A stretch of DNA of 64,000 bases from Phycisphaeraceae bacterium. Its GTDB lineage: Bacteria > Planctomycetota > Phycisphaerae > Phycisphaerales > Phycisphaeraceae. Under the pieces are notes generated by a model, which saw only the letters and a program-made list of their open reading frames with translations, did no database searches and had not been told where the DNA came from. Location of the stretch: NCBI GenBank assembly GCA_963674705.1, contig OY771506.1, positions 2,080,001 through 2,144,000 of the forward strand. The letters run 5' to 3'. A program made the translations under genes and the position numbers. Of the stretch, positions 18,722 to 29,370 are shown piece by piece (the first letter of the stretch is position 1; each line of letters begins with the position of its first letter).

Positions 18722-20734
18722 ATGTCACTATATCGAAAGACCGTCCTATCCGTGGTCTTGATTTCCTTGATCGTGGCTGCCACAGTTGTGATCTGGCGCA
18801 TCAACAATAGCCAGATTGCTGGCGGAGACAACCATGCTCCCGTGGAAGTGCGCTTTCAGTTGAAGTGGCTGATGTACTCTGGCTTCGGCCCGCAGGCATT
18901 GGGTGTAGCCGACGGAATCTACGAGCGCGCGGGTGTGGATGTTACGCTGATGCCCGGAGGACCTGGCAAAGATCCCCTGAGACTGGTGGCAACCGGGAAG
19001 GCCGACGTGGGATTAGCGAGCTTTGACCAGATTCTTCTAGCGCGAAGTAAGGGATTGCCGATCATTGCCATCTCTGAAGATACCACTAAATCCGGAGTTG
19101 GGTTTATCGCATTGGAGGGCAGTGGCATTACGACTCCGCACGACTTTGCTGGAAAACGTGTCGGAGTAATGCCCGGTACCGACAAGGGCACCCTCTATGA
19201 AGCCTTGATGGCAAAGCTGAATATTGACCGCAGCACAATCACCGAGATACCGGTGGGTCCTAATCTGGAAATGCTTCTTAATGGGACCGTGGATGTCTTC
19301 CCTTCATTCATCACAAACCAACCGATACTCGCTGAGGAACGGGGCTTCCGAGTGAACATTATAGACCCCTACCAGTACGGCATTCGGCCTGGAGGAAACG
19401 TGGTTTTCACGTCGGAGGAGACGCTCAGAACCCAGCGGGAAGATCTTAAGCGATTTCTAGTTGGGGAGTTGTGGGCAATTAGGGCATCTTTGGAAACAAC
19501 TGATGATAACGTAGTTGATGCTGTGGTTGACCTAAACCCGCAGTTGGATCGTGCCGCAGAGCTGCGCATATGGCGTGCAACTCGAGATATGCTCTACGCG
19601 AAGGAGCCACTGCAACTCGGCCGGATGGATGAGCAACTATGGAATCACACGGCCGAGGTCTGGCAGTCATCCGGACTGTTACCCAAAGACATCAACGTAA
19701 AGGAATGCTATACGAACAGTCTCGTTGATGAGATCCACAAAAGCGGTCTCCTGGATTCAGGCGTATCAGACCACCTGCAATCAGATGTAGCGTATACACA
19801 TCGACAGTCAAAGCTGCGACATGTGACAGTCAGCCTAGGTTGGCAACCTAATGCCAATTCGTGTGGGCAGATCGCCGCGCTCGAACTCGGTTTCTACAAG
19901 GCCCAAGGATTGGATGTCACTTTTGAGCCTGGAGGGATCGACAATCCGTCAGTCGTCCGGGTCGCCTCTGGCTCGTCAGACATTGGCATCGCCAATAGTC
20001 CCGTGCTAGTGATCAACGCCGTTTCTTCAGGGGTACCACTTCAGATCGTTGGGACAATTCAGCACACAGGATATCACGCGTTTTTTTCTCGTGCGGAGTC
20101 AAAGATTGCGTCTGTTGAAGACTGGCGAGGAAAGCGAGTAGGTATCAAGCCGGGCAGTCCCACATACTTTCTGTATCATGAGATGCTTCTGAGGAATGGC
20201 GTCGATAGAGCCGAGTTGCATGAGGTACCTCTCAAATACGGTGTGCAGCCGTTTGTAGCCAATGATGTGGATGTGTATCCAGGCGCACTTACAAACGAGA
20301 TGCTTGTCCTTGAGGAACTCGGAATTGATATAGTGATTCTGCACCCAGAGGACAGCGGAATTCCAACTTGTGGCAGCGTTATCTTTGCGAACAGGGAATA
20401 CATCGACCAACATCCAGAGGTAGTGAAAGCATTTGTCTCCGCAACTATGGCTGGCTGGGAATGGTGCCTGGAGCCCGAGAATGAGGCGGAGGCAATAGAA
20501 CACCTCAGCAAACACTGCCGCAACATCGACCGAAATAAGGAACTCAATGCTCTGCGAATGAACCGGGAACTGGTCATGCAGCATGCATTGGGGGCGAACA
20601 ACTTGGAACGATTATCACAGATCATGGAAAGCATGAAGGCGCGTGGGCTTATACGTTCAGATATTGAACTGAATGAGGTAGTTCATAGCGTCCCACACAA
20701 CAGAGCGCCGTGCCCTGAGCATGCCCAAAAGTAG
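18722..20734 (+). CDS. Substrate-binding protein with two tandem NMT1/THI5-like domains
   Basis: Two repeats: 'FQLKW..GIYERAGVDV...DFAGKRVG' and 'LGWQP..GFYKAQGLDV...DWRGKRVG'. Confidence 0.85.
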   Translation: MSLYRKTVLSVVLISLIVAATVVIWRINNSQIAGGDNHAPVEVRFQLKWLMYSGFGPQALGVADGIYERAGVDVTLMPGGPGKDPLRLVATGKADVGLASFDQILLARSKGLPIIAISEDTTKSGVGFIALEGSGITTPHDFAGKRVGVMPGTDKGTLYEALMAKLNIDRSTITEIPVGPNLEMLLNGTVDVFPSFITNQPILAEERGFRVNIIDPYQYGIRPGGNVVFTSEETLRTQREDLKRFLVGELWAIRASLETTDDNVVDAVVDLNPQLDRAAELRIWRATRDMLYAKEPLQLGRMDEQLWNHTAEVWQSSGLLPKDINVKECYTNSLVDEIHKSGLLDSGVSDHLQSDVAYTHRQSKLRHVTVSLGWQPNANSCGQIAALELGFYKAQGLDVTFEPGGIDNPSVVRVASGSSDIGIANSPVLVINAVSSGVPLQIVGTIQHTGYHAFFSRAESKIASVEDWRGKRVGIKPGSPTYFLYHEMLLRNGVDRAELHEVPLKYGVQPFVANDVDVYPGALTNEMLVLEELGIDIVILHPEDSGIPTCGSVIFANREYIDQHPEVVKAFVSATMAGWEWCLEPENEAEAIEHLSKHCRNIDRNKELNALRMNRELVMQHALGANNLERLSQIMESMKARGLIRSDIELNEVVHSVPHNRAPCPEHAQK

Positions 20735-20746
20735 GTACCTGAGTCG

Positions 20747-21712
20747 ATGAACCCTTCGTCGCCTAAACTGAAGGAATCTGTAATAAATTGTATCGCTCGA
20801 CTCAGGGCGAGTGCTGTGGATCGGCTCACATCTAGGCTCAGGCATATGCTGGATGATTCAGCAGTAAGACGCCTCTGGTTGACGCATGGACTGCTTGCAT
20901 CGAAGGATGGCCGCTACGCTCTCAGTGATATCGTCGGCCCGCTGGAGGGGGATAATCAGCTCGCCCCGGTATGTGCCGAAATCGGTTGGAGGTCAGACTC
21001 GGCCCATGACTGCAACCCCTTTGACGGCCTCGATCCAGACTTCTATGACGTTGTAGCCACAACGGCCCCGCGAGACCAGATAATTGCACAGGCGATTGTG
21101 AATTGTGACCCACTGGGACTCGCTGACCGCTCGCGTGGCGGCGATCGGGCAAGACTGTTGGACATCGGATGCGGCACTGGCATTGTCGCAAGAGTTCTAC
21201 GTGACCTTGGCTTCGAGTTTGCCATCGACTCGCTGGATATTGCTGGGCAGCATATTGCTCATTGTCGCAGTTACAACCTGCCGCGCACGCGGTGGATCGT
21301 CGGCGATGCAACGCACGTCAATCTTGATGAGAGGTACCTCGCCGTTCATGCGTTCATGGTTCATCATCACCTGCGTGATTTCGTAGCGAGTTTCCAGTGC
21401 GTAGCTCGCGCATTGGCACCTCACGGAGTCTTTTCATACACCGACAAATGCTCTATTCCAGCAAGCGACGAACGAAATGTGATCGGTCTCCGCCCAATCA
21501 AAGCCCGTTTAAGCACTGGTAGCCAAAATCCGAGAGTCACAGTAGTGCGGAACTACAGGGGCATCCACACTCGACCGCACCCCGAGCACTTTCAGGAGTT
21601 CAATAACCCTGTTGGCGAAATAGCCAGTGCACTTGCGTTTACGAAGATGCGCACCAAACAGGTTTGGTGGTACCAGCCCTATATATTCCAGTTCCTATGC
21701 AATGGGCAGTAG
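20747..21712 (+). CDS. Class I SAM-dependent methyltransferase
   Basis: 'LLDIGCGTG', 'VGDA', 'ALAPHG'. Confidence 0.85.
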   Translation: MNPSSPKLKESVINCIARLRASAVDRLTSRLRHMLDDSAVRRLWLTHGLLASKDGRYALSDIVGPLEGDNQLAPVCAEIGWRSDSAHDCNPFDGLDPDFYDVVATTAPRDQIIAQAIVNCDPLGLADRSRGGDRARLLDIGCGTGIVARVLRDLGFEFAIDSLDIAGQHIAHCRSYNLPRTRWIVGDATHVNLDERYLAVHAFMVHHHLRDFVASFQCVARALAPHGVFSYTDKCSIPASDERNVIGLRPIKARLSTGSQNPRVTVVRNYRGIHTRPHPEHFQEFNNPVGEIASALAFTKMRTKQVWWYQPYIFQFLCNGQ

Positions 21713-22037
21713 CTAAGCTAAGGTACGGTGATCTTCATCTAAGGCGGATACGGGAAAGACCATGGCTCTTGCCGCACGCCGTATATGACATGGAGGGCCG
21801 TTTAGTTCAGCTAAGTCTCGCATGCGATCCATACTGCAAGTGTTAGCGTCACAGTGCTGGTGGCTCGCCCTCGGTCTGGGGCGACGACGGGCGGCATGGA
21901 TAGCGCTGCCCCGTTTAAGGCAACTCATGCGTAGTGATATGTGAACGCTCTTCGAACTATCTAATGGAGTTATTTTCTTGACAGCTCTACCGATTATTCA
22001 TCCAACACTCCCAGGTGAATTTCTGGGTAAGTCATAT

Positions 22038-23045
22038 TAGAGCGTCTTCCAATCTCATGTAGCATACCCGCAGCTGCGGAAGTAGTTGCGGCACTCGTCC
22101 AGGGATACCGCACGCAACGCCCGACCGATCGCCTCAATCAGTTTGTCGCTGGTCCGCGCGGCGGCGGCACGCAGCAGGGCTTTGACCTTGCTCCACATCT
22201 TCTCGATCGGGTTGAAGTCCGGTGAGTACGGCGGTAAGTACCACAGGTCACAGCCCGCCGCTTCGATCGCTTCACGCACCCCGCGCACCTTATGCGACGC
22301 CAGGTTATCCATCACGACGATCTGGCCTTGCTTTAGTGCCGGGGCCAGGCAACGCTCGACGTAGCCGCGGAACAGCGCCGCATCCGTCGCGCCGTCGAAG
22401 GCCAGCGTCGCCCGTTGGATCACACCCTCACAACCGATCGCGCTGAGCATCGTCGTCGTACGCCAGTGGCTGTGCGGCGCCGCGGCGTCCAGCCGGCAAC
22501 CGCGTCCGGCCCAGCCCCGCAGGCGGGTCATGTTCGTCTTCGCGCCCGATTCATCCAGGAACACAAGCTGCTTAGGCTCGATGAACCGCGTGGCGATGCG
22601 GAAGTTCACACGCTGACGCTTCACATCCGCGCGGTCCTGCTCGCCGGGCCGTAATGACTTTTTTTAAACGTCCACCCCAGCTTCCAACGCACCGTCCGCC
22701 ACATCGTGCCCAGCCCGCAACGGATGCCCAGCTCACGCTCACAACGCACACGCAACGCATCCAGCGTCGTGTCCGGCTTCTGCTTGAGCATCGCATGTAC
22801 ACGCTGCAGGTCTTTGCCGGCGAACCGGCTGACGTAGTCGCCGCCCTGAGGCCGCGGCGCGATCCCCTCGCCTTCACGACGCCGTTGCTTGAGCCGACGC
22901 ACCCACGAGGCGCTGACCGAGAACCGCTTGGCCACCTCACGCGTGCCGTGCCCGGCATCACACGCCGCCAACACCCGCTTCCGCAGATCCATTGAATATG
23001 CCTTCATCAAAGCCTCCTTGCTTGAAGGCACAGCATAATCACTTG
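22038..23045 (-). mobile_element. IS630-family element; split transposase 23007-22055 with -1 frameshift; one terminus lost
   Basis: orfA 'MKAYSMDLR'; orfB 'VFLDESG', 'VVMDNL..HK', 'LPPYSPDFNPIE'; slippery TTTAAAAAAAG at 22668-22658; TA at 22038. Confidence 0.9.
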
Positions 23046-24469
23046 TAGAGTGGTCCAAACCCTCTTCGGTAAGTCGGGTATGATTTTTTTGTGGTGCTGG
23101 CCCGCTGAATTTCAGATTTTTACAAAAAGATTTGGGGGTGCTTCAGCGGGAACCAGTGGGGCGATTGGGTCGGCGAAGGGGGCCAGGCAAATCGGCATCG
23201 ACTGGCAATCCGCCGGGGGTGGTCAATAATGTTGGGCAGTTGCCAATACTGGACTTAGGGGAGTGGAGAAGATGTTGCCGCGTTGGGTAATTTTGCTGTT
23301 TACATTGCTTACTGAGGCCTGGTCGGTCCACCGAGATAACCATATCCGGTTCCTGAAACTCCAGCTCGAACTGTATAAGGGGAAGGTACCAGGCAACCGT
23401 GTGATCCTGTCGCCGGAGGAGCGTCATCACATGCTTCGGTTGGGCAAGAAGCTGGGTCATAAAGTAGATGATCTCATCGGGATCGTGAGTGTCAAGACCT
23501 ACAAGCGGTGGCTGCGAGAGGAGCAGGGGGGCCGGGAACCGGGGCGAGTCGGCCGGCCGCGGAAGATCACCGCGTCGGTCCGTGCGTTGATCCTGCGCTT
23601 GGCCGGGGAAAATACCGGCTGGGGCGTAAGACGGATCGTGGGCGAGTTGCGGAAGCTGGCGCTGACGCCCAGCCGCAGCTCGGTGCAGCGTGTGCTGGTC
23701 GATGAAGGGATATTGCCGGACCCGGACCGCCGCGCACCGAAGGGCGTGGTGACCACGCCGTGGCGGCTGTTCGTGTCGGCACATCTCAACACGATGGTGG
23801 CGACAGACTTCTTCTGCAAGAACGTCTGGACGCCATTTGGCAAACGTGTCGCTTTTGGGTTGATGTTCATCCATTTGGGGAGCCGGAAGGTGTTCGTCAG
23901 CCCGAGCACTTACCATCCAACGGGCGAGTGGGTGCAGCAACAAGCACGCAACGTGACGATGTGGCTGGAGGATGAAAACCTGGAACTTCGCTTCCTGATC
24001 CACGACGGTGACACGAAGTTCACCGAAGCTTTCGACGAACACTTCCGAAACGTGGGCGAACAGGTCGTCCAGACCCCGTTCCAGGCTCCGATCGCGAATT
24101 GTTTCGCCGAATCGTGGATCGGCACCCTTAAGCGCGAGTCTCTGAACCACTTCTTCTGTTTCAGTCTCCGCCACATGGATCACATCGTGCAAACGTATGT
24201 GAACTACTATAATCGTCTCCGCCCGCATCAAGGCAAAGACAATAGGCCGTTGACGATGAGCTATGATCCGATCCCCATCCGTGCGACCGAATCCCCGCCG
24301 CAGACCGAGAAACTCGGGCCTGTTCAGAGGCATGCATTGTTGGGTGGTCTGTTGAGTTATTATGAGCGAAAAGCAGCATGAAATAAGGTAAAAATGGGCA
24401 GTGCCCTACATTTTGAACCGCCCCCGAGTGGTTGCAGCTTTTCGCCGAACTCGCAAGTGGACCACTTCA
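23046..24469 (+). mobile_element. rve IS, copy 2
   Basis: Same terminal motifs as copy 1. Confidence 0.85.
23263..24381 (+). CDS. Integrase-core (rve) transposase
   Basis: Paralog of 4236-5333 with intact DDE motifs. Confidence 0.9.
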   Translation: MEKMLPRWVILLFTLLTEAWSVHRDNHIRFLKLQLELYKGKVPGNRVILSPEERHHMLRLGKKLGHKVDDLIGIVSVKTYKRWLREEQGGREPGRVGRPRKITASVRALILRLAGENTGWGVRRIVGELRKLALTPSRSSVQRVLVDEGILPDPDRRAPKGVVTTPWRLFVSAHLNTMVATDFFCKNVWTPFGKRVAFGLMFIHLGSRKVFVSPSTYHPTGEWVQQQARNVTMWLEDENLELRFLIHDGDTKFTEAFDEHFRNVGEQVVQTPFQAPIANCFAESWIGTLKRESLNHFFCFSLRHMDHIVQTYVNYYNRLRPHQGKDNRPLTMSYDPIPIRATESPPQTEKLGPVQRHALLGGLLSYYERKAA

Positions 24470-24485
24470 GTCTCAAACGACTTCA

Positions 24486-25754
24486 TCAATCTGCATCAAA
24501 TAAAAGATATCCGCTTACGGTCGTGTCTATCATGGGGTATTCAATCTTTGCACGGTAAACGTCAAAGTCGGTCAGATTCCATCCAGCTTTGTCGGTGATA
24601 TGTCTTGCGATCTGAACGTGCTTGGGGATATCGATGGTATGAGCCCCGACTTCACCGCGGCCGACATATTGCAGTTGTTCTGTGAATGGCAACTGTCCAT
24701 GCGCTTCGTACATGTCGTCGGGTCTGGTTTGTAAGGCGTGACCGTTGACCTTCAGGAGCGGCTGCATCCGTTCGTTTGGGAAGCCGTCGGCATGGACAAG
24801 GATGTGCAGGACGAGAAGTTTGGTGGGGATCCAGACACGCGTCCTTGCACCGAGCATGAGTTGGCCTTCATTGAACCCGGGCGTGATGTCTGCCTTGCGT
24901 CGCAGGCTACCGAAGGCGAGGTCTACCCGGCTCTTTTGGCCGACCTCGGCGCCGAGCAGTTCCGTGCGTGTTTCGCCATGCTCATTCGAGATGGTAGAGA
25001 ATTCCGGCAAGGGTTTGGAGCAGAACTCTTCAATAAGTGGCGCACCGATCCGCTGTACGGTGTCAGGGTCTAATGGCATTAAAGAGGCTTCATCGGGGTG
25101 CTTGTCTCCGCTGAAGAATTGAACACGGTCGACCAGCATGTTGGCTTCGGCTCGCAGGCGACGGAGCCCCTGGAAGGTGCGGATGTGCCCGTAGTCGACT
25201 CTGTTTTTGCCTTCTTTGCTGGGCGCGATAACTGCGGTGACCGAGCGGGTCGCGACTTCCATGCCCCAGTAGTACATGTGGCCTTTGAAGATCGCCTTAC
25301 GGCTTTGCAGGTCGGCCTGATAGATCGGGTCGGTCTGGTCGCCGAACGTACGACCGGCAACCATCGACTCGAGACTGGCGCGGTCGCCGGCATGATCTTC
25401 TACATATTGCTCAAACTCCTTGAACGCTTGTTCCGCCTCGTCGACTTGCGCGCGATCTAGGCCCTTCTTGCGTGCGGCATCAAAGACGCGTTGCATGGAT
25501 ACGCTCGAAGGGACAAAACGTGATGCGCCTAAAGCATCCGGGCAAGCAAGTACTTTCAATAGCAGCCAGCTCAGGTTCGAGTCAACGCCAAGGTATTTTT
25601 GTGCATCTCGACTCTTGCGTATCCCGTTTGGGAAGTGAGAGAATAGGTCTGTCAGAGTTAACCGAACACGATCCATTACCCTGCCGAAGTCGGCGGTGAA
25701 CGAATCCTCTTTCTCGGTGGTCGGATTGCTTTGGTTTGAAGAATGAATAATCAT
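24486..25754 (-). CDS. Hypothetical protein, possible N-terminal HTH
   Basis: 422-aa ORF; 'AQKYLGVDSNLSW' is HTH-like. Confidence 0.7.
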   Translation of the reverse strand: MIIHSSNQSNPTTEKEDSFTADFGRVMDRVRLTLTDLFSHFPNGIRKSRDAQKYLGVDSNLSWLLLKVLACPDALGASRFVPSSVSMQRVFDAARKKGLDRAQVDEAEQAFKEFEQYVEDHAGDRASLESMVAGRTFGDQTDPIYQADLQSRKAIFKGHMYYWGMEVATRSVTAVIAPSKEGKNRVDYGHIRTFQGLRRLRAEANMLVDRVQFFSGDKHPDEASLMPLDPDTVQRIGAPLIEEFCSKPLPEFSTISNEHGETRTELLGAEVGQKSRVDLAFGSLRRKADITPGFNEGQLMLGARTRVWIPTKLLVLHILVHADGFPNERMQPLLKVNGHALQTRPDDMYEAHGQLPFTEQLQYVGRGEVGAHTIDIPKHVQIARHITDKAGWNLTDFDVYRAKIEYPMIDTTVSGYLLFDAD

Positions 25755-25853
25755 GTGACTTTATCGTAGCTGCTGGAAAGACTCACAGGTTTGTGATCTG
25801 TGAGTCATAACAATCTTGTTATAGCTTAAGATAACATATTCGATTCATACGTA

Positions 25854-26894
25854 CTATGGTTTTCTGTGCCGGCGGTACGAAGCCAGACCCGCAACCCCCA
25901 TTGCGAGTAGAGCGACTGAGGTCGGCTCAGGAACAGCGTTACTTGTCGTGGGCGGAGTTCCTGTGTTCCAATTGCTGAGGACGATGTCCAGGTCGTCCAG
26001 TCCGACATAACCGTCGCCGGATGGGTCACCTTGTAACAGGTTGCCCGCGGAAGCGCTCTGGTTCCAGTTACCGAGCACGATATCCAAGTCGTCCAGTCCG
26101 ACGTATCCGTCGCCGTTAAGATCACCTGCAAGTGTACCGGTGAAGCCAGCGAGGATGGGTGTATCCAGATCGGTTTCCATGGCGATGCCGGTGAACTTGA
26201 CGCTGATGGGTTCTTGCACTTCGGTTGTGCTCGGGTCATCAAGGGAGAGGACCTCGACGCCTAGCCAGCCATAGTAGAACGATGTACCGGTAGCGCTATC
26301 GTTGTTGTCGTTGTCGATGGCGAAGCCAAAGTACTGCTCGCCGAGGCCGGGTGCGTACCAGCCCGCGTTGCCGTAGAGGTCGGTGGTTCCATCGGCAGAT
26401 GCGAGTAGCAAGTGATCGCTAGCTTTGGCGGTTTCGTCGCCAGTGATTTGTCCGACGAATGGGCTCCAGATGTCGCCCGGTGTGCTGGGGCCGATCTCGT
26501 CGTTGAGCGCGAAGGTGAGCGCCTCAATATGCTCAAAGTCTGTATTGATATTCGGATCGGGGTCCACGTAGGTGGACCCGTCTATGAAGTAGTAACCGTC
26601 GGCCGAGACGCTCGAGCCAATCGGCTTGCTCCCACTGATGCCGTTGACCGTATCAATCTCAAATAGGAGCAAGTCGTTCCCATCGATATCGCTGTTGCCC
26701 GTCAGCCCGCTTGGGACCGTGATTATTTGCGACGTGGTCGCATCGCTCGATAGTGTGATGTCCAGATCCTGATAGACAACTGTTGCGCCGGCCTCGGTGC
26801 TTATCACGCCGACCGCACCCATCGCAAGCATTGTCTTTAGAGGCAGCGTTCCAAACTTACCGGTTTCGCTAACCATCGCGTGTTCTGTACTCAT
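25854..26894 (-). CDS. PEP-CTERM protein with dockerin-like insert
   Basis: Signal region; 'YYGWLGVEVLS...TGIAMET' core; two GDxxGDGYVGLDDLD repeats; VPEP-TM-RRHRK. Confidence 0.9.
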   Translation of the reverse strand: MSTEHAMVSETGKFGTLPLKTMLAMGAVGVISTEAGATVVYQDLDITLSSDATTSQIITVPSGLTGNSDIDGNDLLLFEIDTVNGISGSKPIGSSVSADGYYFIDGSTYVDPDPNINTDFEHIEALTFALNDEIGPSTPGDIWSPFVGQITGDETAKASDHLLLASADGTTDLYGNAGWYAPGLGEQYFGFAIDNDNNDSATGTSFYYGWLGVEVLSLDDPSTTEVQEPISVKFTGIAMETDLDTPILAGFTGTLAGDLNGDGYVGLDDLDIVLGNWNQSASAGNLLQGDPSGDGYVGLDDLDIVLSNWNTGTPPTTSNAVPEPTSVALLAMGVAGLASYRRHRKP

Positions 26895-26952
26895 CTCTTT
26901 CTCTTCCTGAAGTAAAAAGTGACACGACAAGCCAGTGTGTCATACGGATTGA

Positions 26953-28047
26953 TCATTGTCCGACCTGAACGGGTTTGGCAGATGCTGAAGCATCGGCAGG
27001 TACTTCCTCGAGCAGCGGGGGGATCATTTCATCCAGGTGCCCTCTTGCTGTAACCGAGTTGCAGACTCCGTTGCGGTCGATGAGGAACAACGCGGGAATC
27101 GCGTTGATGCCGAACTCTTTGGTAAGCGGGTGCCATCCACGTTGCTCTGCCTTGCCCGAATCGAAAAAGTGAGGCCAAGGTAGATCGGGGTTGTTCTTGA
27201 TGAATGCTTCGAGCGCCTGCTTATTGAAGTCATTGGACACGCCGATTATTTCCAAACCCTTATCGTGGTACTTCTCGTAGGCTTCTTTGAGATGGGGCAG
27301 CTCAGCCCGGCAGGGGGCGCACCAAGTTGCCCAGAAGTCGACGAGGATCACTTTGCCTTTCCATTGTTCGGTAGAGAATTCGATGCCGTCGACAAGCGTG
27401 CCTTTGAGAGCCATGGGCTTGCCTTCAAATGCCTTAATACGTTCGGCGGCCTCGGCGAGCTGCTGGGTGCGGCCGGAGCGTTTCATCGCGTCTTCACGGT
27501 AGGCGGCGAGCTGCTTTTTCAGTTCAGGGGTCGCAAGACCCGCATACTTCGTCATCAGCGCCAGCGATAAAGTCGCTTTCATGTCGGTCGGGTCTTTATC
27601 CAGAACCTCTTTGCACTTATTAAACAGGGTTTGCTGATCTTCGTGTGTGCCGGTGATGAACTTCGCGATATTGGAAGCGACCTCCGCTTCGCCTTCGGAG
27701 ACGGGGACATCCGACGGGTCTCCGCCGAGCACGATGTAGTTGGTGAGGAAGCCCAGGCTGAGAGAAATTACAAACGGCATGGGCCTGTGATTCTGTTTCC
27801 ACTCATCCAGTTTGACGAGGAACTGTTCGCAAAGCTCTAAACCCTGCTCACGCACCGCTTCGCGTGCCGCCGGGTCGTTCAGGGCGGAGGTGTCGGGCAC
27901 CAGTGTTTCCCACTGTTTGGCTAGGGCGGTCATCTCGACAATGATCGGATCTGGCTTCTTGTCCTGTTCCTGAGCTCGGGCGGTCGTTGACGCAACAAAG
28001 CAGGTTGCGATCAGTATGATATATATGAGTCTGTTCATGGTTTTCAT
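26953..28047 (-). CDS. Exported TlpA-family thiol:disulfide oxidoreductase
   Basis: Signal peptide; 'GKVILVDFWATWCAPCRAELP'; 'IPALFLID'. Confidence 0.9.
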   Translation of the reverse strand: MKTMNRLIYIILIATCFVASTTARAQEQDKKPDPIIVEMTALAKQWETLVPDTSALNDPAAREAVREQGLELCEQFLVKLDEWKQNHRPMPFVISLSLGFLTNYIVLGGDPSDVPVSEGEAEVASNIAKFITGTHEDQQTLFNKCKEVLDKDPTDMKATLSLALMTKYAGLATPELKKQLAAYREDAMKRSGRTQQLAEAAERIKAFEGKPMALKGTLVDGIEFSTEQWKGKVILVDFWATWCAPCRAELPHLKEAYEKYHDKGLEIIGVSNDFNKQALEAFIKNNPDLPWPHFFDSGKAEQRGWHPLTKEFGINAIPALFLIDRNGVCNSVTARGHLDEMIPPLLEEVPADASASAKPVQVGQ

Positions 28048-28117
28048 CAGGCTCCATTCCGTATTACGTTTGCTTGGTATGAGTGCTTTTGTTTTAGACA
28101 GAGATCGGCAAATGTCG

Positions 28118-28984
28118 TTATTCGCGGAGCCTCTTGATGTCTTTGTTTTTCCAGAAGTAGTAGGTTTGATTCTCATCACCGTATACGACGCCTTCAGGCA
28201 TCAGGTCGCCAAGGAATGCCTGTTTTCGCTGTTCTTGTGTTGAGTTGCCGAACAGCACGCCCGTGCCGGGGTTGGTGTAGTTGGGTTCGCGTGAGTCTGC
28301 GTGTCCATCGAGCCAGAGGATGTTGGCTTTCCCTGAGTGCCGACCGTGAAATGCTGCTTGGTATCCGAAGCCACCCTCACAATCTGTGATTTCACAACGA
28401 GCTAATTCACCATTCAGATAGCGACCACCGTCACCCCACCAGAAAGTTTCGCTAGGCATCTGGACTTCAACGAGCTTCAGCAGCAGATTCGGGAAAGCAT
28501 AATGACCACTGTCGTGAACTGTGGCGGAGAAGCCATAAGCAACTGGAGCGTCCTCATCCAGTCCCAGGTTTGTCCCGAGTCCATCGGCGTTCGGGCAGTC
28601 GCGGATTTCACCGCTGGGCATGTAAGGATAAAGCGAACCCTTTTCCCGTACCGCTTCACCCGTGGTCAGGTCTTCGGCGGCCCACCATTGAACCTCATAA
28701 TTACCTTGATGACTGGAGCCGACATAGACGCAGTCATCGTTGTCGGTGGCATAGGCGGTCCACGCGATGCCGAACTGTCGGAGCGAAGACTTGCACTTCA
28801 TGCTGAGGGCCTGCTGTCGGGCCGCGCCGAGCGCGGGCAAAAGGATGCCGACCAACAGGGCGATGATGCTGATGACGACCAGCAGTTCGATAAGCGTGAA
28901 CCCGGCTGCGGGATGGTTAGATCGACGATGTACGTTGCTCTGGCTGACTCGCCGATCTACGGGGGCATTCCGGGCGTATGTCAT
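28118..28984 (-). CDS. DUF1559-type prepilin-like protein
   Basis: '[29 protein letters not shown]'; '[14 protein letters not shown]' (H-X9-DG). Confidence 0.9.
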   Translation of the reverse strand: MTYARNAPVDRRVSQSNVHRRSNHPAAGFTLIELLVVISIIALLVGILLPALGAARQQALSMKCKSSLRQFGIAWTAYATDNDDCVYVGSSHQGNYEVQWWAAEDLTTGEAVREKGSLYPYMPSGEIRDCPNADGLGTNLGLDEDAPVAYGFSATVHDSGHYAFPNLLLKLVEVQMPSETFWWGDGGRYLNGELARCEITDCEGGFGYQAAFHGRHSGKANILWLDGHADSREPNYTNPGTGVLFGNSTQEQRKQAFLGDLMPEGVVYGDENQTYYFWKNKDIKRLRE

Positions 28985-29370
28985 CACTCGGCCGTACGAG
29001 TACAGTGAATAAGCATAGTCTGCTGCACGGGATATGAGCATCGAATCAATCTCTGCATTCCACAAGTTACAAACCCAAATGATCTGTTCCCCCGCCCGAC
29101 TTGATGCTATTCTAGGTGCTTGACTAGCAGATTGCAATGCTTTATTTTCAGATTATTCAGACATTTGGAATAACGGTGTCCGCGTTACCCAGCTTGACGG
29201 TATCAGCGTATGCCCGGCTCGATTCGGATGCCCGGGCGTCTGGGGGTGAACCGCTGATGCAGATCGTCTGGTGCTAAGGTTGGAGAGGTTGTTGGCTGGT
29301 ATAAATAGTCTTGATTCTCATGCGGATGATTCAATCGCCTCATTGAATCGACAGAAGTTCTGATACCACG

